64,000 bases of DNA from positions 310,001 to 374,000 of the forward strand of contig CM039004.1 in the NCBI GenBank assembly GCA_017499595.2. Direction: 5' to 3'. Made by a program: the position numbers and the translations under genes. Below the pieces are notes generated by a model, which ran no database searches, was not told the DNA's origin, and was given only the letters and a program-made list of their open reading frames with translations. Every line of letters starts with the position of its first letter. Positions within the stretch are counted from its first letter, which is position 1. Source of the DNA: Psilocybe cubensis. Its lineage: Eukaryota. Below, one piece after another: positions 1-13,172 of this stretch.

Positions 1-1228
1 TCCCTCACCGGGCTCCGGGATGTCGGGATGGACTGCTACCCAGGAGCATGCGAATATTGTTGCGAAGCAGCTCCAGATGATATCCCATATCGATCGTTGA
101 TCTTGACATGCGCATGTCACAGAGGCAGATGTTGTATCCCTCAACGTGAGTTCCCTTGCATGAGCTTGAAGAGGGAAAGCTTTTGTAGGGTCTCTTGATA
201 GGTACGATACAAGAAGTATAAAGAATATCATGGGGTCGCTTTACAGTGCTACTCGATGCCGATATGTGTTATAAAGAGATGGACATTCCCCCGAGTGACA
301 TGGCATGTCATCACCCTTAACATAGATTTTCTTCAGACCCTATCTATGTCATGACGTACAAATCAGAACTCATATTTGCAAATTATAAAGCTAGTCGTTG
401 TCGGCGAGCAATCCTCTCTCCTGGAATAACTCGAAAACAATAAAAATATGTGGAATAAGGTAGTCAATATCTTATTGCTGGTCCGATGAGAGGTAAGGTC
501 ACTGGAAGACACAGCGCAAAGGCTCTTGCAGACGGGCGCTTCTCTCCCATTTTCAACTGCGCTTGGAGCATCAAATGAACGTGAGATTCGGCCTGGTGGG
601 AGAAAACCTGTTTATGAATATGAAAAGTGATCACGGGTGTTCAAAGTGATGTAACACTAGATAAGGATTAATGAAAGAAGTACGTGTGGCGAGAACGAGG
701 GGCGGTCACTATTTGCATACTACTTGGGACAGCAACATAAATATCCAGCGCCCCGCCCACGTCTAAAATTTATTGGGACCCCGTCTTCTGGTTCGGTATA
801 CGACAGACAGACCTACGAGCTTCACCATGACGCAACTAGGGCTTGAGTGGGATGCTCTGTGAAATAGACGATCCAATATTCACCTTCAATTCCGCTGATA
901 TGCGCCAAGTACTCATTGAGGCTGTTACATGCCTGGACCTATCATAAAAGGTTTGTCCCGGAAAGAATAGAAAGTTTCATACTAAATCGTCCTTGCAATC
1001 TTTTGAAATAAGGGAAAGGATTTGGCGTTTGACCTAGCCTGCGGGGGAATCTCAACTTGGGCCATTTAGCGGCTTTGAGTCTGATTTCCGTCAGCCTTTG
1101 GATTCTTCCAATATTTATATCAGACCGTCAGAAATCTTCATTCACCTGGATACAATACTTTGGTATTTCTTCGTTCAATTTTCCTACCATACAACAAACT
1201 TCGTTATTCAACACTATTTTCTGACCCG

Positions 1229-3582
1229 ATGCGCTTACTCAGCAGTCTCATCGGACTTTCGTATACCCTTGGCGCCTTTTCTAGTGTCATTCTAGATGGG
1301 AGGGATGGGGCGCGAGACGAAGATGCGGGTGCCATTGGGCCGGATGCCGATCTGTATATCGGAAACAAAGCCATTTCTCCAGACGGGTTTACGAGATCGT
1401 GAGTAACTGTACTCCCCAAATGTTGATGGTTTTGACAATTTCTGAAGTGCCGTGCTGGCGGGATCATCAATGGACTCTCTTTCGTTCCCGGGGCCTGTCA
1501 TCACTGCTACTAAGGTATTCCGAACCATACAACGATAACGAGTTCGTGCCTGATTATTCCTACAGGGAGATACCTTTCATTTGAATGTGATCGATGAGCT
1601 CAAAGACCCGTCGATGATGATGAGTACCAGTGTGGTAAGCATGTGTAAGCCCTTTTGTCACTCAGTAATGAACTCTGCATCCATAGCATTGGCATGGCTT
1701 CTTTCAAAAACGGAGCAGCTGGGCCGATGGCGTATCTGGTGTAACCCAATGTCCGATTGCTCCTGGACACTCCTTCATGTACGAGTTCAGTACGGGAGAC
1801 CAGACGGGTACCTATTGGTACCATTCTCATTTTTGTTCGTCTCAATCACCTTCATCACATTATAAACACCTGAATAGTCGTAAATTATCTAATTCAGCGA
1901 CCCAATACTGCGACGGCCTCCGTGGGGCTATCGTAGTTTATGACCCAGAGGATCCTCATAAAGATCTGTGCGTGGTTATTTGCGGTAGCGTTGGACATTA
2001 AACTGACGAATTTATTAACATTTATCAGCTACGATTTCGATGACGGTAAGCTTGCTGACTTCTATGGGTCGAATTACTTAGCCACACTCTCCTCTCCGTA
2101 GAATCAACGATTATCACGCTGGCGGACTGGTATAAGCAATTTCCCCACTCCTGTTCAAACTGCATGCTGACCATTGGCCTCTTAGGTATCACGCCGTTGC
2201 TCCTATTACCCAACGCTCAGTCATACCCATTTTCAATTCAACGTTAATCAACGGACTGGGACGATATGCCGGAGGCCCTGCATCACCCCTAGCAGTGATC
2301 AAGGTCTTACCAAACAAGCGCTATCGATTCAGATTGGTTTCCGTCTCGTGCAGTCCAAATTATATCTTTTCCATTGACGGACATCCTATGGTCAGTTATA
2401 CTGCCCGCCTTTCCTTACGTTTTAGTAATTACAGTCTTCTAGACAATCGTAGAAGCTGACTCAGTCAACGTCAAGCCATTTGTGGTGGATCAAGTTCAAA
2501 TATTTGCAGGCCAGCGTTATTCGTTCATTTTGGACACAAAGATGCCCGTTGGGAACTATTGGATGAGAGCACTTCCCAACATCGGCGACGTTACTTTTAA
2601 AGGAGGGGTCAACTCGGCAATTCTTCGATATATTGGAGCCCCAGAGGCCGATCCGATCACGCTTCCTTCTAAAGGTGTCCTTTTGAAAGAAACAGACCTT
2701 CATCCATTGGAAAATCCTGCTGCTCCCGGTGCACCTGGTCGTGGTAAGGCAGATGTTAACATCAACTTGGATATCGAGTGGAGCATGAAGACGCAGAAAT
2801 TCTACGTCAACAATGCTTCATATGAGTCGCCTTCGGTCCCCGTTCTTCTCCAAATTATGAGCGGAAAGGAAACTGCGCAAGAGCTTTTGCCTGCAGGCTC
2901 AGTGTACGTTTTGCCCCCTAACAAGGTCATCGAGATATCGATGCCTGGTGGTTCAGGAGGAAGCCCAGTGAGCATTTTGATTTCTCTCTTTCTTTAATCT
3001 TACTGATAACATGTTTGTACATACGTGCTTTCTAGCATCCTATTCACTTGCATGGAGTGAGCGTTACTGCTTTATGTCAAGAGTGACGGCTTGACTAATG
3101 TTTGATTCATTCGTAGCAAAGCTTTTCCGTTATTCGAAGTGCTAACAGCTCTATTTATAACTACGAAAATCCTGTCAGACGCGACGTGGTAAGCATTGGA
3201 GACACCGCAATGGACAATGTCACAATTCGCTTCACGACGGACAATGCTGGTCCCTGGTTTATGCATTGGTAAGTGCAACATGTGCCTTTAAGAGGCTTTC
3301 TTTCATCTCTGAGTATCATTCCATACCCCAGCCACATCGACTGGCATCTCGAGCGGTATGTCAGTTGGTCATTATATCAGATCTGTTTCTGATGCTCCTT
3401 GATAGGGGTCTTTCTGTCGTGTTTGCCAACGATGCACCCGCCATTGAGGATTCTAAGCCTCCTCCTAGTGCGTAACAGTCATTCTGACATCTATGCAGAC
3501 GCTTTCTTATCAATACTCCTTAGAATCGTGGGACGAACTGTGCCCCATTTACAACGCTTTGACTCCCCAGAAGTTCAATTGA
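1229..3582 (+). CDS. Laccase (AA1_1 multicopper oxidase), multi-exon, secreted
   Basis: Signal peptide [18 protein letters not shown], then [20 protein letters not shown]. All four Cu-binding signatures lie across GT-AG exons: [44 protein letters not shown]-terminus [18 protein letters not shown]. Confidence 0.97.
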
Positions 3583-3885
3583 ATGGGTTTTACTAGTAAA
3601 GGCTTAATTCAGTAGTATAGAATGTTCAAAGATTCTAGTCCCTGTCTTTCATAGATCCATTTGTGCTTGTTTTCGAATGCTCGTTCCAATCTTTGTCGGC
3701 TATCGCAAAAGACGTGTCTGGTTCTCCATTCAACGTGATATTTATGAAATTCTCTATAAAAACGCTTTCCAAAAAGCAGTAACCTTAATACAAAGAATTT
3801 ATCAGTCGAGGTATGTGTCTCTTTGCCTGAATTAAAATGTTATATTCATGAATAGTGCTATTCTCCAATCAGACTCCATACGGAA

Positions 3886-4200
3886 ATGCTCACAGGAGCT
3901 GGATATGTTTCATTCCCACCCCAGGGATCCCTAACGGTAGTGTTTGCAATACAGGAGAAGGAATACAACTTCATTGGGAGGTTCACCAAATTACCCTTTT
4001 CTTTTGTTTCCAACAACGCTCGAATTTCCTTTGAAACCATTGAACAAGTGAAAGCCGTCTCTGGGTTCGAATCTACTATCGGGCCTAAAAACTTGTCTAT
4101 TGTGTTTTCCAATGGCGTTACTGTCAATGGACCATTGGATATGCCAGTGTTTCCACCTGGCCAATACACTGGAGTAGCTCAACACATTCCAAATGCTTGA
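3886..4200 (+). CDS. Small beta-rich protein, paralog 1 of 3 (putative Vap-like barrel)
   Basis: 104-aa ORF aligns with the ORFs at 10936 and 14267 (F.G.F, NGV.V.G.LDMP..P). TATA box near 3756 and a 5'-UTR intron at 3811-3872. Confidence 0.8.
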   Translation: MLTGAGYVSFPPQGSLTVVFAIQEKEYNFIGRFTKLPFSFVSNNARISFETIEQVKAVSGFESTIGPKNLSIVFSNGVTVNGPLDMPVFPPGQYTGVAQHIPNA

Positions 4201-4762
4201 TGCTCAAGACATGGCAAAGGAGTAGATGATAATTTTCTAGAATGAGTAATACTTCGTGTCAAATGTAATCGCAATGCAGGCATAGGCCAACGACATAGAG
4301 TGACACTTGATTAATGAATGTTTAACGTTGTCGGGTCGACTTGGCAAGTCTATTACAGGTACTAGGCTCGTACCCAGTCGTTTCGTAAAGTTTGTCGTCC
4401 AAATACGACCACAACAATGTGCAAACAACGGCAAAGTAGTAAATAGCCTGGTGCCACAGGGATGTTGCCGCATTTTAAATCTCCGATGGTGATGGTTCCT
4501 GAAATATTTAGTATCCATGGTTATGTTATTTTCCAGCGCTATTCAGATCCTTGACTGCTCTTAGATTCTCTGACGACCATCCGCCATGGTGTCATAATTC
4601 AGAGCCACTTAATAGACACGTGTATTATTAGATGCAGCGTCTCGTTAAAGTATCCGGTTTGGAGAACGGATTCTCAGCACACGGCGGGGCATCTCTTTTA
4701 CACATTTATTGACGCATATACAGATCTCGTTCCTCCCCAAGTCATTTCAAGTTAGCTATGGC

Positions 4763-5431
4763 TCAGTCCAAGTCGTCCTGGCTAATGAATTGCCACTGAG
4801 GTAACGGACTCTTGTTGTCCCCAAGTCCAATTTGCTGAACCACGAGCTAGGAGAACCAATGTTCGTCTTCAACTCAAAAGTGCCCGAAGATTAATGGCAA
4901 CATACATGTGCATTGCTAACTGTAACAGCGTTGATTGAACCGATTTCATGAGATTGTTGTTCTATGCTGAAGAAAAGGTGTATCGTAACAAATTTTATAG
5001 GGTCATTGACGCATCAAATACTTACATGTAGGTGTTGGCGGATGCGTCAACCTGGGTGAGAACCCAGTCTACGATTGTCCTGCTATAGATGACATCCCTA
5101 CCGGAATTGTCTAATCCGAATCCTCCGATGACTGGGCCAATGTGTATGTTTGGATTAGTTGGTTGGGTGATTTTGTACGTGTTAGGGCTTGAAGAATCAG
5201 CACGAACACCCCACTATAACACATAATTAGCGTTGATGTGCTATATTATGCAGCAGCATTTTCGAGAGAACATGAACCTACAATTTGATTCGAATTGTCA
5301 GTTGTAATCTGCGCCTGTACAGTGATAGGAGCGCTGATATCGCCTCGGGTTGCGTAATTTCCACGAGCAAAAGGCCAGGATATGTTTGTAGGTACAACGC
5401 GAATGAGATAGTTACCGTCGGAGAGGGCCAT
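4763..5431 (-). CDS. Clitocypin/mycocypin-like beta-trefoil protease inhibitor, copy 1 (4 exons)
   Basis: MALSDGNYLIRVVP...ARGNYAT...QI|W and C-terminal PQWQFISQDDLD*. Resembles clitocypin as I recall it (SLEDGTYRLRAV..VGGEYAT..QIW..PAWRF). No signal peptide. Paralog of the 6282-6945 gene. Confidence 0.75.
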
Positions 5432-6281
5432 TTCTGTATTCAAGGAGGTTGTCTCTAAGTTTTTGCCACCCAGTGTACGTGGATACTTAAACTATTTCCT
5501 TCTCCTATCAGGTACCTGAATCCACCATTACAAGGCAGATATCCGACAGATGCTATTCCCTAAAATGCAAATAATCTGACGAATACATCGGAGTGTCAAC
5601 GTTCAGGTCTCAGGCGACGCCCATGGCAATCATTTTAAATTTTTCATGTTATAGAATTTATTTCTATATTTATTTGTTCCTGGTTGGCAGTATAGGCATC
5701 TCTCTGATGATCCGCTGACCAGGACCTGATTCTTTCACTCGCTTCACCGTTTTTGTAAGGTTGAAAATGCAATTTTAACTATCTCTGAGAAGAGATAAAT
5801 CTGTAAACAAATGGGCTTGATACTGTATCCCTACAAATAGTAACAATATGTAGCATAATCCGTACTGATGTTCTTTACCATAATGAAGTCAAGGGTTATT
5901 TTTAGCACAGTCTGACAACAACGTTCCTAGATATTTATCCGTAATTTATTGTCATCATTACTGTTGATTTTGAATTCTGATCTATTTCTCCGTAGTTTAA
6001 AAGAGGGAGCACTGCTGAATGTATTTATGAAAAGGGGACAGATTCATACCTCTGGAACCATCCGAAATTTGTTTGACCAGAACTATTAAGATGTATGACC
6101 AATTCTCCACTTCACTGGCAAGCAGGATCTTCTTCTGAAATGCTGACTCATTTCAGGAACTTAGAGGCACGGCCATATCCAAAAAAGCTCAACATTTAAC
6201 AATTTAAATCATTTTACACAAAAATAACTCTGTAGCTAGAACGCGAAGGGACTCAAACTTGTCAACGGGTTGGAAATGTAA

Positions 6282-6945
6282 TTAATCCAAATTATCCTGG
6301 CTGATGAATTGCCACTGAGGCAAAGGTCCCTTGTTGTCTCCGATTCCAATTTGTTGAACAACGAGCTATTTATTACCGTTTTCAGCACGCAATTACCCTC
6401 GTCAATTAGATATGCTACTTACGTTTGAATTCTCGACAGTCACGGCGTTGATCGAACCAATTTCATGGTCTTGACTTTGTATACTGCACGACAAAGTACT
6501 TCTTAATTTGAATGCTATAACAGAAAGAAAGGCCTCACATGTAGCTGTTCTCTGTTGCGTTCACCAGGGTTAATACCCAATCTAAAATGGTCGTGCTCAG
6601 GATCACATTGTTGGTTGAAGCGTCAATCCCGAATCCTCCAATGACAGGGCCAATGTGAATGTTGGGGTTTATTGGTTGAGTGATCTTGTACGTGTTTGAA
6701 TTAGAAGAGACTGTTTCAACCCTCCACTAAATTTAAGGACATTCAGTATAATATTTCCAAATCAATGGCGGTTACGTATCAAAATGATAACATACCACTT
6801 GAGGAGAATCGTCCGTTGAAATCTTAGGTTGAGCAATAATGGGCGAATTGATCTCGTTGCGGGTGGCATAATTTCCACCCACAAAGGGCCATGAGACGTT
6901 TGCAGGTATAGAGCGAATCAGATAGTTTCCGTTGGAAAGAGACAT
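6282..6945 (-). CDS. Clitocypin/mycocypin-like beta-trefoil protease inhibitor, copy 2 (4 exons)
   Basis: MSLSNGNYLIRSIPANVSWPFVGGNYAT...PQV|WRVE...HIGPVIGGFGID...PQWQFISQDNLD*. Same intron positions as copy 1. Confidence 0.78.
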
Positions 6946-7822
6946 CGCGTTGAAGCGAGGATGGTTCTGAAGGTTTTTGGGACACCTTTCCCTCCTCTTT
7001 ATACGCCTAGTCACGAACCTTGGAGCTATAATTTATTAGGCTACATGCTAGCTGGAACTGCGGCTAAAACTAGCATTACATATCATGATCAATTTGAATC
7101 TGACCAATGAGGCGGGAAAATGTACACAGGCTCCACCTCCGACATAGGATTCTATTCCTAACAGGATTATGGTCTACATTATTCCGAACTGTAGAACGTA
7201 TATGCGTTGGCGCATAAGCTGATCAAAATCAATCGGATATCGCGGTGAAGCGGTGTAAATGCCATTGCCACTGGGATGACGCAGTCTTATGTAGTGCACA
7301 CGTACAATAAACCCAGTGCAAAGGCTACTTTCATCTTACCACAAGGTAGGAAGAGCAGCAGGTAGTAAGATTTCCTCGCTACAAAAGCCGCATATCTTCC
7401 GCCCGTGCTAAGCTGTAAAATACTTGTGGTATCATTATTATTAGACTAGGCACTAAATATATAACGGAGCTCCTAGATGCCTACACAGTGTTTCGTAGAG
7501 TACTATAATCATTAGTGCGTCATCATTGTTAATATGAGTGTCGAATACGTGTTCCCTTTCGCAATGACCTATGGATTTTGATGATGCCTTGGAATTTTAA
7601 GTTGCAAACGCCTGGTCAAATAGCCGACACTGTAAGGAATCTTAAATTCGGCTGAACCTGCGACACATTGTGATCTAAGGCTCCAACGTGTTATGTACAC
7701 AAACTAAGTCACAATTTCTTAAAAATGGTAAGGTCGACTAACTTCTTTTAACCTGCAAATATTCCTTCACATTGTCGATATTTACACATTGTTCTGATCA
7801 TTAGAAATAGGGATAACTACAG

Positions 7823-8264
7823 TCACTCGGCAAACCCGCTGGCGTTACGCCGATTGCTTTTCCGTGTTTGAAGTCGTCATTACTCCATTTTGCACAGGGG
7901 GTAATTTAGTGGCCGCAGTTTCGTCCTTTTTCTTCGTATCATTGAGTATCGGGTTTCTGTGGAGGACGACAGATATGATTGGGGTCAGTACTGAAGCTCA
8001 TCTATGTCTATTTGCGATATTTGGAACATACCTTTTTTCCAGTTCCAATACATTTATTTTATGTTCAATGGACATTATCAGATCCTCTGCACGTCTTACA
8101 AGGTCAGGATTAGTGTGGAAATGATTGGGCGCCACAGGAGTAGGAGGAGGAACCAATGAAACCCTCGACAATGTCATCACATCGGATGTGTGTGGACGAT
8201 TTACCCCCCAATCGTTAAACATGTGAGATGCGGGAGGAGGGTTAGTATGATTGTTCATGGACAT
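7823..8264 (-). CDS. Hypothetical small protein (2 exons, short predicted helix/coiled coil)
   Basis: TATATAA upstream (~8320). MSMNNHTNPPP...LVRRAEDLIMSIEHKINVLELEKR, a GTATGT..CTGAC..CAG intron, then in-frame NPILNDTKKK...GFAE*. Confidence 0.5.
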
Positions 8265-9873
8265 GTTGGGTAGCAAGAACCGTATAGAGAATATCGTTCA
8301 CCCCGTAGCTTGGAGCTTATATACCATGGTAAGAGGCCACCAGAGATTACAATTAAGGCCACTTGGTCCAACAGGCCAAACCTTGGTGCACTGTTCCTCT
8401 GCAAATTAATTGGGAATGATTAATGCAAGGCCGGTGTAGAGGGCCAAACGAGTAAAATCCATGGCCTCATTATGATGCCACAGGATGCGTATAGGCCAGA
8501 CTGGCACCTAGGCCACAGCACCCTATTGTAGGCATAGGGTCAGTCGCTCTCAAGACCCATCGCCGCATGCGTACACAGTCAAGAACATAGCAACCATATC
8601 TGCATCCATAAATCCGCCCAGCATTCGTAAGGGGAGAATGAAAATAACTACCGCAAAGCAAGGGAGAGATAGTCCGCCAGACGGAGCCTGCAGTAAGTAT
8701 AGCATTGGAACAACGACGATAGAGACATGTAGAGGTGCGATTCAGACATCACTCTTCTCGTCGTTATACACTCCCCATGAAGCAGATTTCCTCGGCCCAA
8801 GATGCAGAACAAAGGGTTTTCATGCGTGCATCAGAAGTGACAGATTATATAGCCTTGTGCTCCTGGATTTACTCTACCTCTCTGAGTGGTCCAAGCCTTA
8901 TTCGAGTATCATCCAAACGATGACTGGGAGCGAAAGAACACAGAAAGCCACGATAGCAATTAAGAGAACTTGGCTGAACATAATCATGGAATAGTGAGTA
9001 TTGATGAGGAGAGAAAGGGAGCAGGATGGGAACAGCAACAATATCAAAGGGAACAATTGATGGTAATGAACGAAGAACTATCCTGGGTAAACGAGACTGC
9101 GGGAACTGGAAAAAACGTGATAAATATGCCTGGATGATATGACTCACCCTGTACTTCTGAGAAACAATCACTTATCCTCCATCTACCGCTCAAACTGCTC
9201 AACAGGTTATGCTATGCCTCGTGTTTGTTGAGCCCCGGCCTTGCAACATGAAACGGATATGCACGGCAATCTTTCGAGTCGCACTTGAGGGTGGGTTTGT
9301 AGACGATGTCAGATGCGGAGGTGACTACAGAGTTGATATCCAATGCGTTGATTCCTGCGTGTGGCGGTAGGCGGAAGTCAATAAGTACGCTGTCGTCGTG
9401 GAGACAGAAAAAAAAAAGAGTTCAGCGGAGATTCAAATCCACCAAAAAATCCTGAATTCCCACGTTGGTTGTTCCCTGATATCATCGTAAATCGATTTGC
9501 AGAATTTCACCCGGCCTGGAGATACATCAAGACTGTACAAGTATACTTTCCACATGCTTTCCAAAAACAGTTTTTCAACGATACAGTTGGTTTGAGTTGG
9601 TAGCGATTGACAACTTAAATACTTCGTAAGTCTGCCAGCAATACCGAAACCCCTTCGGTTGTCGTGAGGATGGAACCTTTGCCTGAACATTCATTTACTG
9701 GATAATGTGGAATTTTGGATGCTAAGTTTATTCCAAGACTTAAAATAGACACTAGGAAAGTTTGTTTTGTTTGTCGTCGGGCCTATCTAAGTCCGGTATG
9801 TCAATTTCCCTCGATACAGGATCCGTCCCCTCATCGCAGTTGCATCTTGATTATCAGCTCCAACATAGGCGTA

Positions 9874-10514
9874 ATGTCTACCGCTATGCAGGAAAGTAAA
9901 CAAACCTCGGGTACTATTGTTCTTTCTTTTTCCATATCACTCTCATTACCCATACCAATATCTTACGTTTGTTGACAGAGGCAAATATCATCACGGGGAG
10001 ACGCCAAGGAGGCACCGGAGGCAAACCCTTCGATGACTTTGAGTTCAGTAGATTGCACATTACAAGCATCCACGTACAGTGGGATAGGCGCATCAACGCT
10101 ATCCAGGTGACTTACGAAGGCGGGGACACTGCCAAGCTACACGGAGAGAAAGCAGGCCAGTCGGACACATTCAATCTCGAGCCTGGGGAGAAGATAGTCA
10201 GGATCGAAGGCTTTGCAGATGATTTCATCAATCAGCTTCAATTTACTACTGATGCAGGCAGGTGGCTATCTTTTGATTGTGTATGAATATCCCTGACCGT
10301 GTATCTAGGCCGATCCTCTCCAGTTTACGGTAGCGAGGAAGGCAAGTATTTTATATGGGAGGTCCCTAAGCCTGACGGATATCTCAGGTTTTTTATTGGA
10401 AGAAGGTGTGCTTTGATAGTGACATAAGAATACGAGGGATTGACGTCTTCGATAAACAGCGAATCATGCATCAACGCTCTGGAACCACACTTCCAAGTTG
10501 ATTATTCTGATTAG
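9874..10514 (+). CDS. Jacalin-related lectin (4 exons, no signal peptide)
   Basis: GGTGGKPFDD, INAIQVTY..HG, FNLEPGEKIVRIEG, INQLQFTTDAGRSSPVYG, RFFIGRS..CINAL form the jacalin beta-prism pattern. Intron 2 probably has a GC donor. Confidence 0.9.
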
Positions 10515-10935
10515 CTGTGGAGAGCACGATGCTCTTCATATTGCCGAAATGAAGTGTTGATAGTATAGTATCAATTGTACAACTGAAATGAAATTTCAAA
10601 ACACAACAAGATGCCGGCATAATCAAGTTACAGATTTGAAGGCATGTATGCAATTCTCACAATTCTCGTCAAGAAAGGTAAGATATGGGTATTAATTGAC
10701 TCAGAAAACTTCCATGCAAAGTCAGTTGAATGTAAAATTTCTTGTATCGAGCATGCTTTCCACCCCAAACTGTGAATACAGGATGTCCGTCTCTTAGTGG
10801 GTCTCTTGTTCTCTATAAAACCTTTCGACGAAAACCCTCTGAATCTCAGACATACTTCATCGTCTATTAGCCCAGGTGATGCATACGACTCTAGAAAAAT
10901 ACTCTTACTGACTATTTTTGCATCTAGAAATCACA

Positions 10936-11256
10936 ATGTCCAAGACCGCACAAGGAAGAGTCACAGGAACGTCGGGAACCCGCTTCACCGCTACCTTTGT
11001 CCTTCCCGACACTGGTATGCAGGTCAACTTCCTCGGAAACTTCAGTTCCAGCATCCAAACATTCAACTGCTCCAACGCAACCCTCACGTATACCGACAAT
11101 AACCAAATCACTGCGACTCGCCAATTCGATGGTCAGCTCGGGACCAACAACTTGAAGCTCACTCTCATGAATGGGCCTGTCATTGAAGGAGTTCTTGACA
11201 TGCCTATCTCTCCACCCAGTTCCGTCGCCGGAAGCGGAGTCTGGGCGATCAATTAG
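10936..11256 (+). CDS. Small beta-rich protein, paralog 2 of 3 (putative Vap-like barrel)
   Basis: 106 aa MSKTAQGRV...SVAGSGVWAIN. TATAAAA near 10814, 5'-UTR intron 10876-10927, and a second intron starting right after the stop (11257-11312). Confidence 0.88.
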   Translation: MSKTAQGRVTGTSGTRFTATFVLPDTGMQVNFLGNFSSSIQTFNCSNATLTYTDNNQITATRQFDGQLGTNNLKLTLMNGPVIEGVLDMPISPPSSVAGSGVWAIN

Positions 11257-11569
11257 GTGTGATACTGATAACTTCATGTTAAAGGAAGTGAACGTGCTAA
11301 CATTCTGTCCAGTTGTCGCTCATTCACCTGTCTCTACTGAATGTGACTGGATTATGGTGTAGTTGTTGCATAGCAGATAGAGAATGCTTAGTGGATGTGA
11401 TATGGACAGTGTAGTCACTGTGGTAGTCGTGAAATTACTAATTAGTGAAAGCCTGACCTTGTTTTCATGCTTTAAGTGTTTACAGCTGTGATGACTGTGT
11501 GCGGCCATCACTCGGCAATATATGCCGGACGATTTTTGGTGGCACATTCCTCTGCCGGCATTCCATACT

Positions 11570-13100
11570 TAGCTATCGGCTGGAAGTTCGGCTACTTGTT
11601 CCGTTTGATGGAATGGCAATCTCCGAGACATCACGCCTTGTTCTGCTGCGGCTGTCTTTTGGACCAGTGCTTTCCCACTATTGATGTTCTCTTACCTTCA
11701 TGTCCTGCTCTTACCATCATATACCAGTAACTATAGCCTGTATCTCACCTCTAAGCCTTGGGGAAGCTTCTCATAACAATTGAGTAATTCATTCTCCAAT
11801 TTCGCTGACGAGCTCCTCATCAGCGACAACCACCAAATCCTCTTCATTTGAACCAACGCAATCCTCACTCATTGGTTGCTGTTGTGGCCACACTCATGGG
11901 TAACATCGATCTAGATATCTACGAGTTGCATCCATGCGCCGTGATTTATCAAATTCCGTCGAGATAATGGAGGATTGAAATGTTCAAAATGGCCGCGTTT
12001 CCGAAGTTTATGCCTCTGGGCCACAGTGTGGCAAGAATTGATATTGATGGCACAAGGGTTCCTTTCTGTGCAGATCCCATTTTCTCTCCCCGTGGCGTTT
12101 CTGGTTTAGCCCTGCTGGTTAACACATCACTTCTGGAATCCAAGATCTACAGAGACTACTCTTATTGTGTGCGAGCTAGAATGGAATTGTGGACCTTGTT
12201 CCCTTTGTATGGAGTGGAATCGGCGCTTTTTCAACAATGTGTGGCTTGGAGACTCTATATCTGCTCTAGGACACGTCGAATGGCCCAAAGGACATGTGGC
12301 CCATTCAAGTTTTGGTTAAATTCCCGCCAAATCAAAATGGGATGTTCGCCTTGTGTATTTCTGTCTTTTGGACTTGCCCTTTCCCGCTATTGCTGTTCTT
12401 TGGCATTGATGAATATTTATATCCTCTTCATCTCGGCGGTCTTTATTCACCACACTCATGGGACCCGTCAGTCTAAATATCGGCGAGTTGGATCCCTGTT
12501 TCGTGGTTTATCAAATTCCATCGAGATATGGAGGATTGAACTGTTCAAAATGGCCGCGTCTCTGAGGTCTGTGACTCTGGGCTACGGTGCGGCAAGCATT
12601 GGTCTTGAAGACATTGACTAGGCAAGTGACGTTGCTCAAGGGTGGCCTTCTGAGCCATTGATTTCATCCCTGCTGGTTTGTACTACTCCCACTGTGTACG
12701 ATCTAGAATGGAAATGTGGCACTCGTTCCCTTCGAACTGACTGGAATCGGTGCCTTTTCAACTGAACCAGAACAATACGTGGCTATGTCGATTCTGGGAC
12801 ACGTCGAATGGCCCAATGGATGTGTGGCCCATTAGAGGTTTGGTTAAATTCCTTTTAAATCAAGGTTTGAAAACGTTCGCCTTGTGTGTTTTCATGGATC
12901 TTGCCGATAGTATACTATCTGACAGCGTATGCTCGTCCATATCCCTCCCCACATCTTTTGATATTGTCGCCCTTGATGATGCTGTAGGAGACTCTTGTAG
13001 TACATTGGACGATTCTTTTCTCAGCATCAGTAGCGTTAAGACTGAGACGGTCAGCTAACCACATTAGAGTCTAGGTTCTTACTCACCTCGCTTACCCCAT
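11570..13100 (-). pseudogene. Decayed minus-strand coding sequence with internal duplication
   Basis: Protein-like frame (EEDLVVVADEELVSEIGE*ITQLL*EASPRLRGEIQAIVTGI*W*) broken by TGA/TAA/TAG stops consistent with C>T changes. No family recognised. Confidence 0.4.
11889..12893. repeat. Diverged direct duplication, about 530-560 bp period
   Basis: Collinear blocks: CACACTCATGGG (11889/12451), TTTATCAAATTCC..GAGGATTGAA.TGTTCAAAATGGCCGCG (~11945/~12507), CTAGAATGGAA (~12176/~12703), GACACGTCGAATGGCCCAA..TTTTGGTTAAATTCC..GTTCGCCTTGTGT (~12270/~12798). Confidence 0.9.
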
Positions 13101-13172
13101 CAGGATAATCTCAAATTGACATTAAATGACCCAATTTCTCGATCTAGGGGTCGCATTGACGCAGCGTACCGG

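Noticed and set aside
11980-12621. 213-aa plus-strand ORF
   Set aside because: Composition is not protein-like; it lies in the duplicated relic whose coding signal is on the opposite strand.
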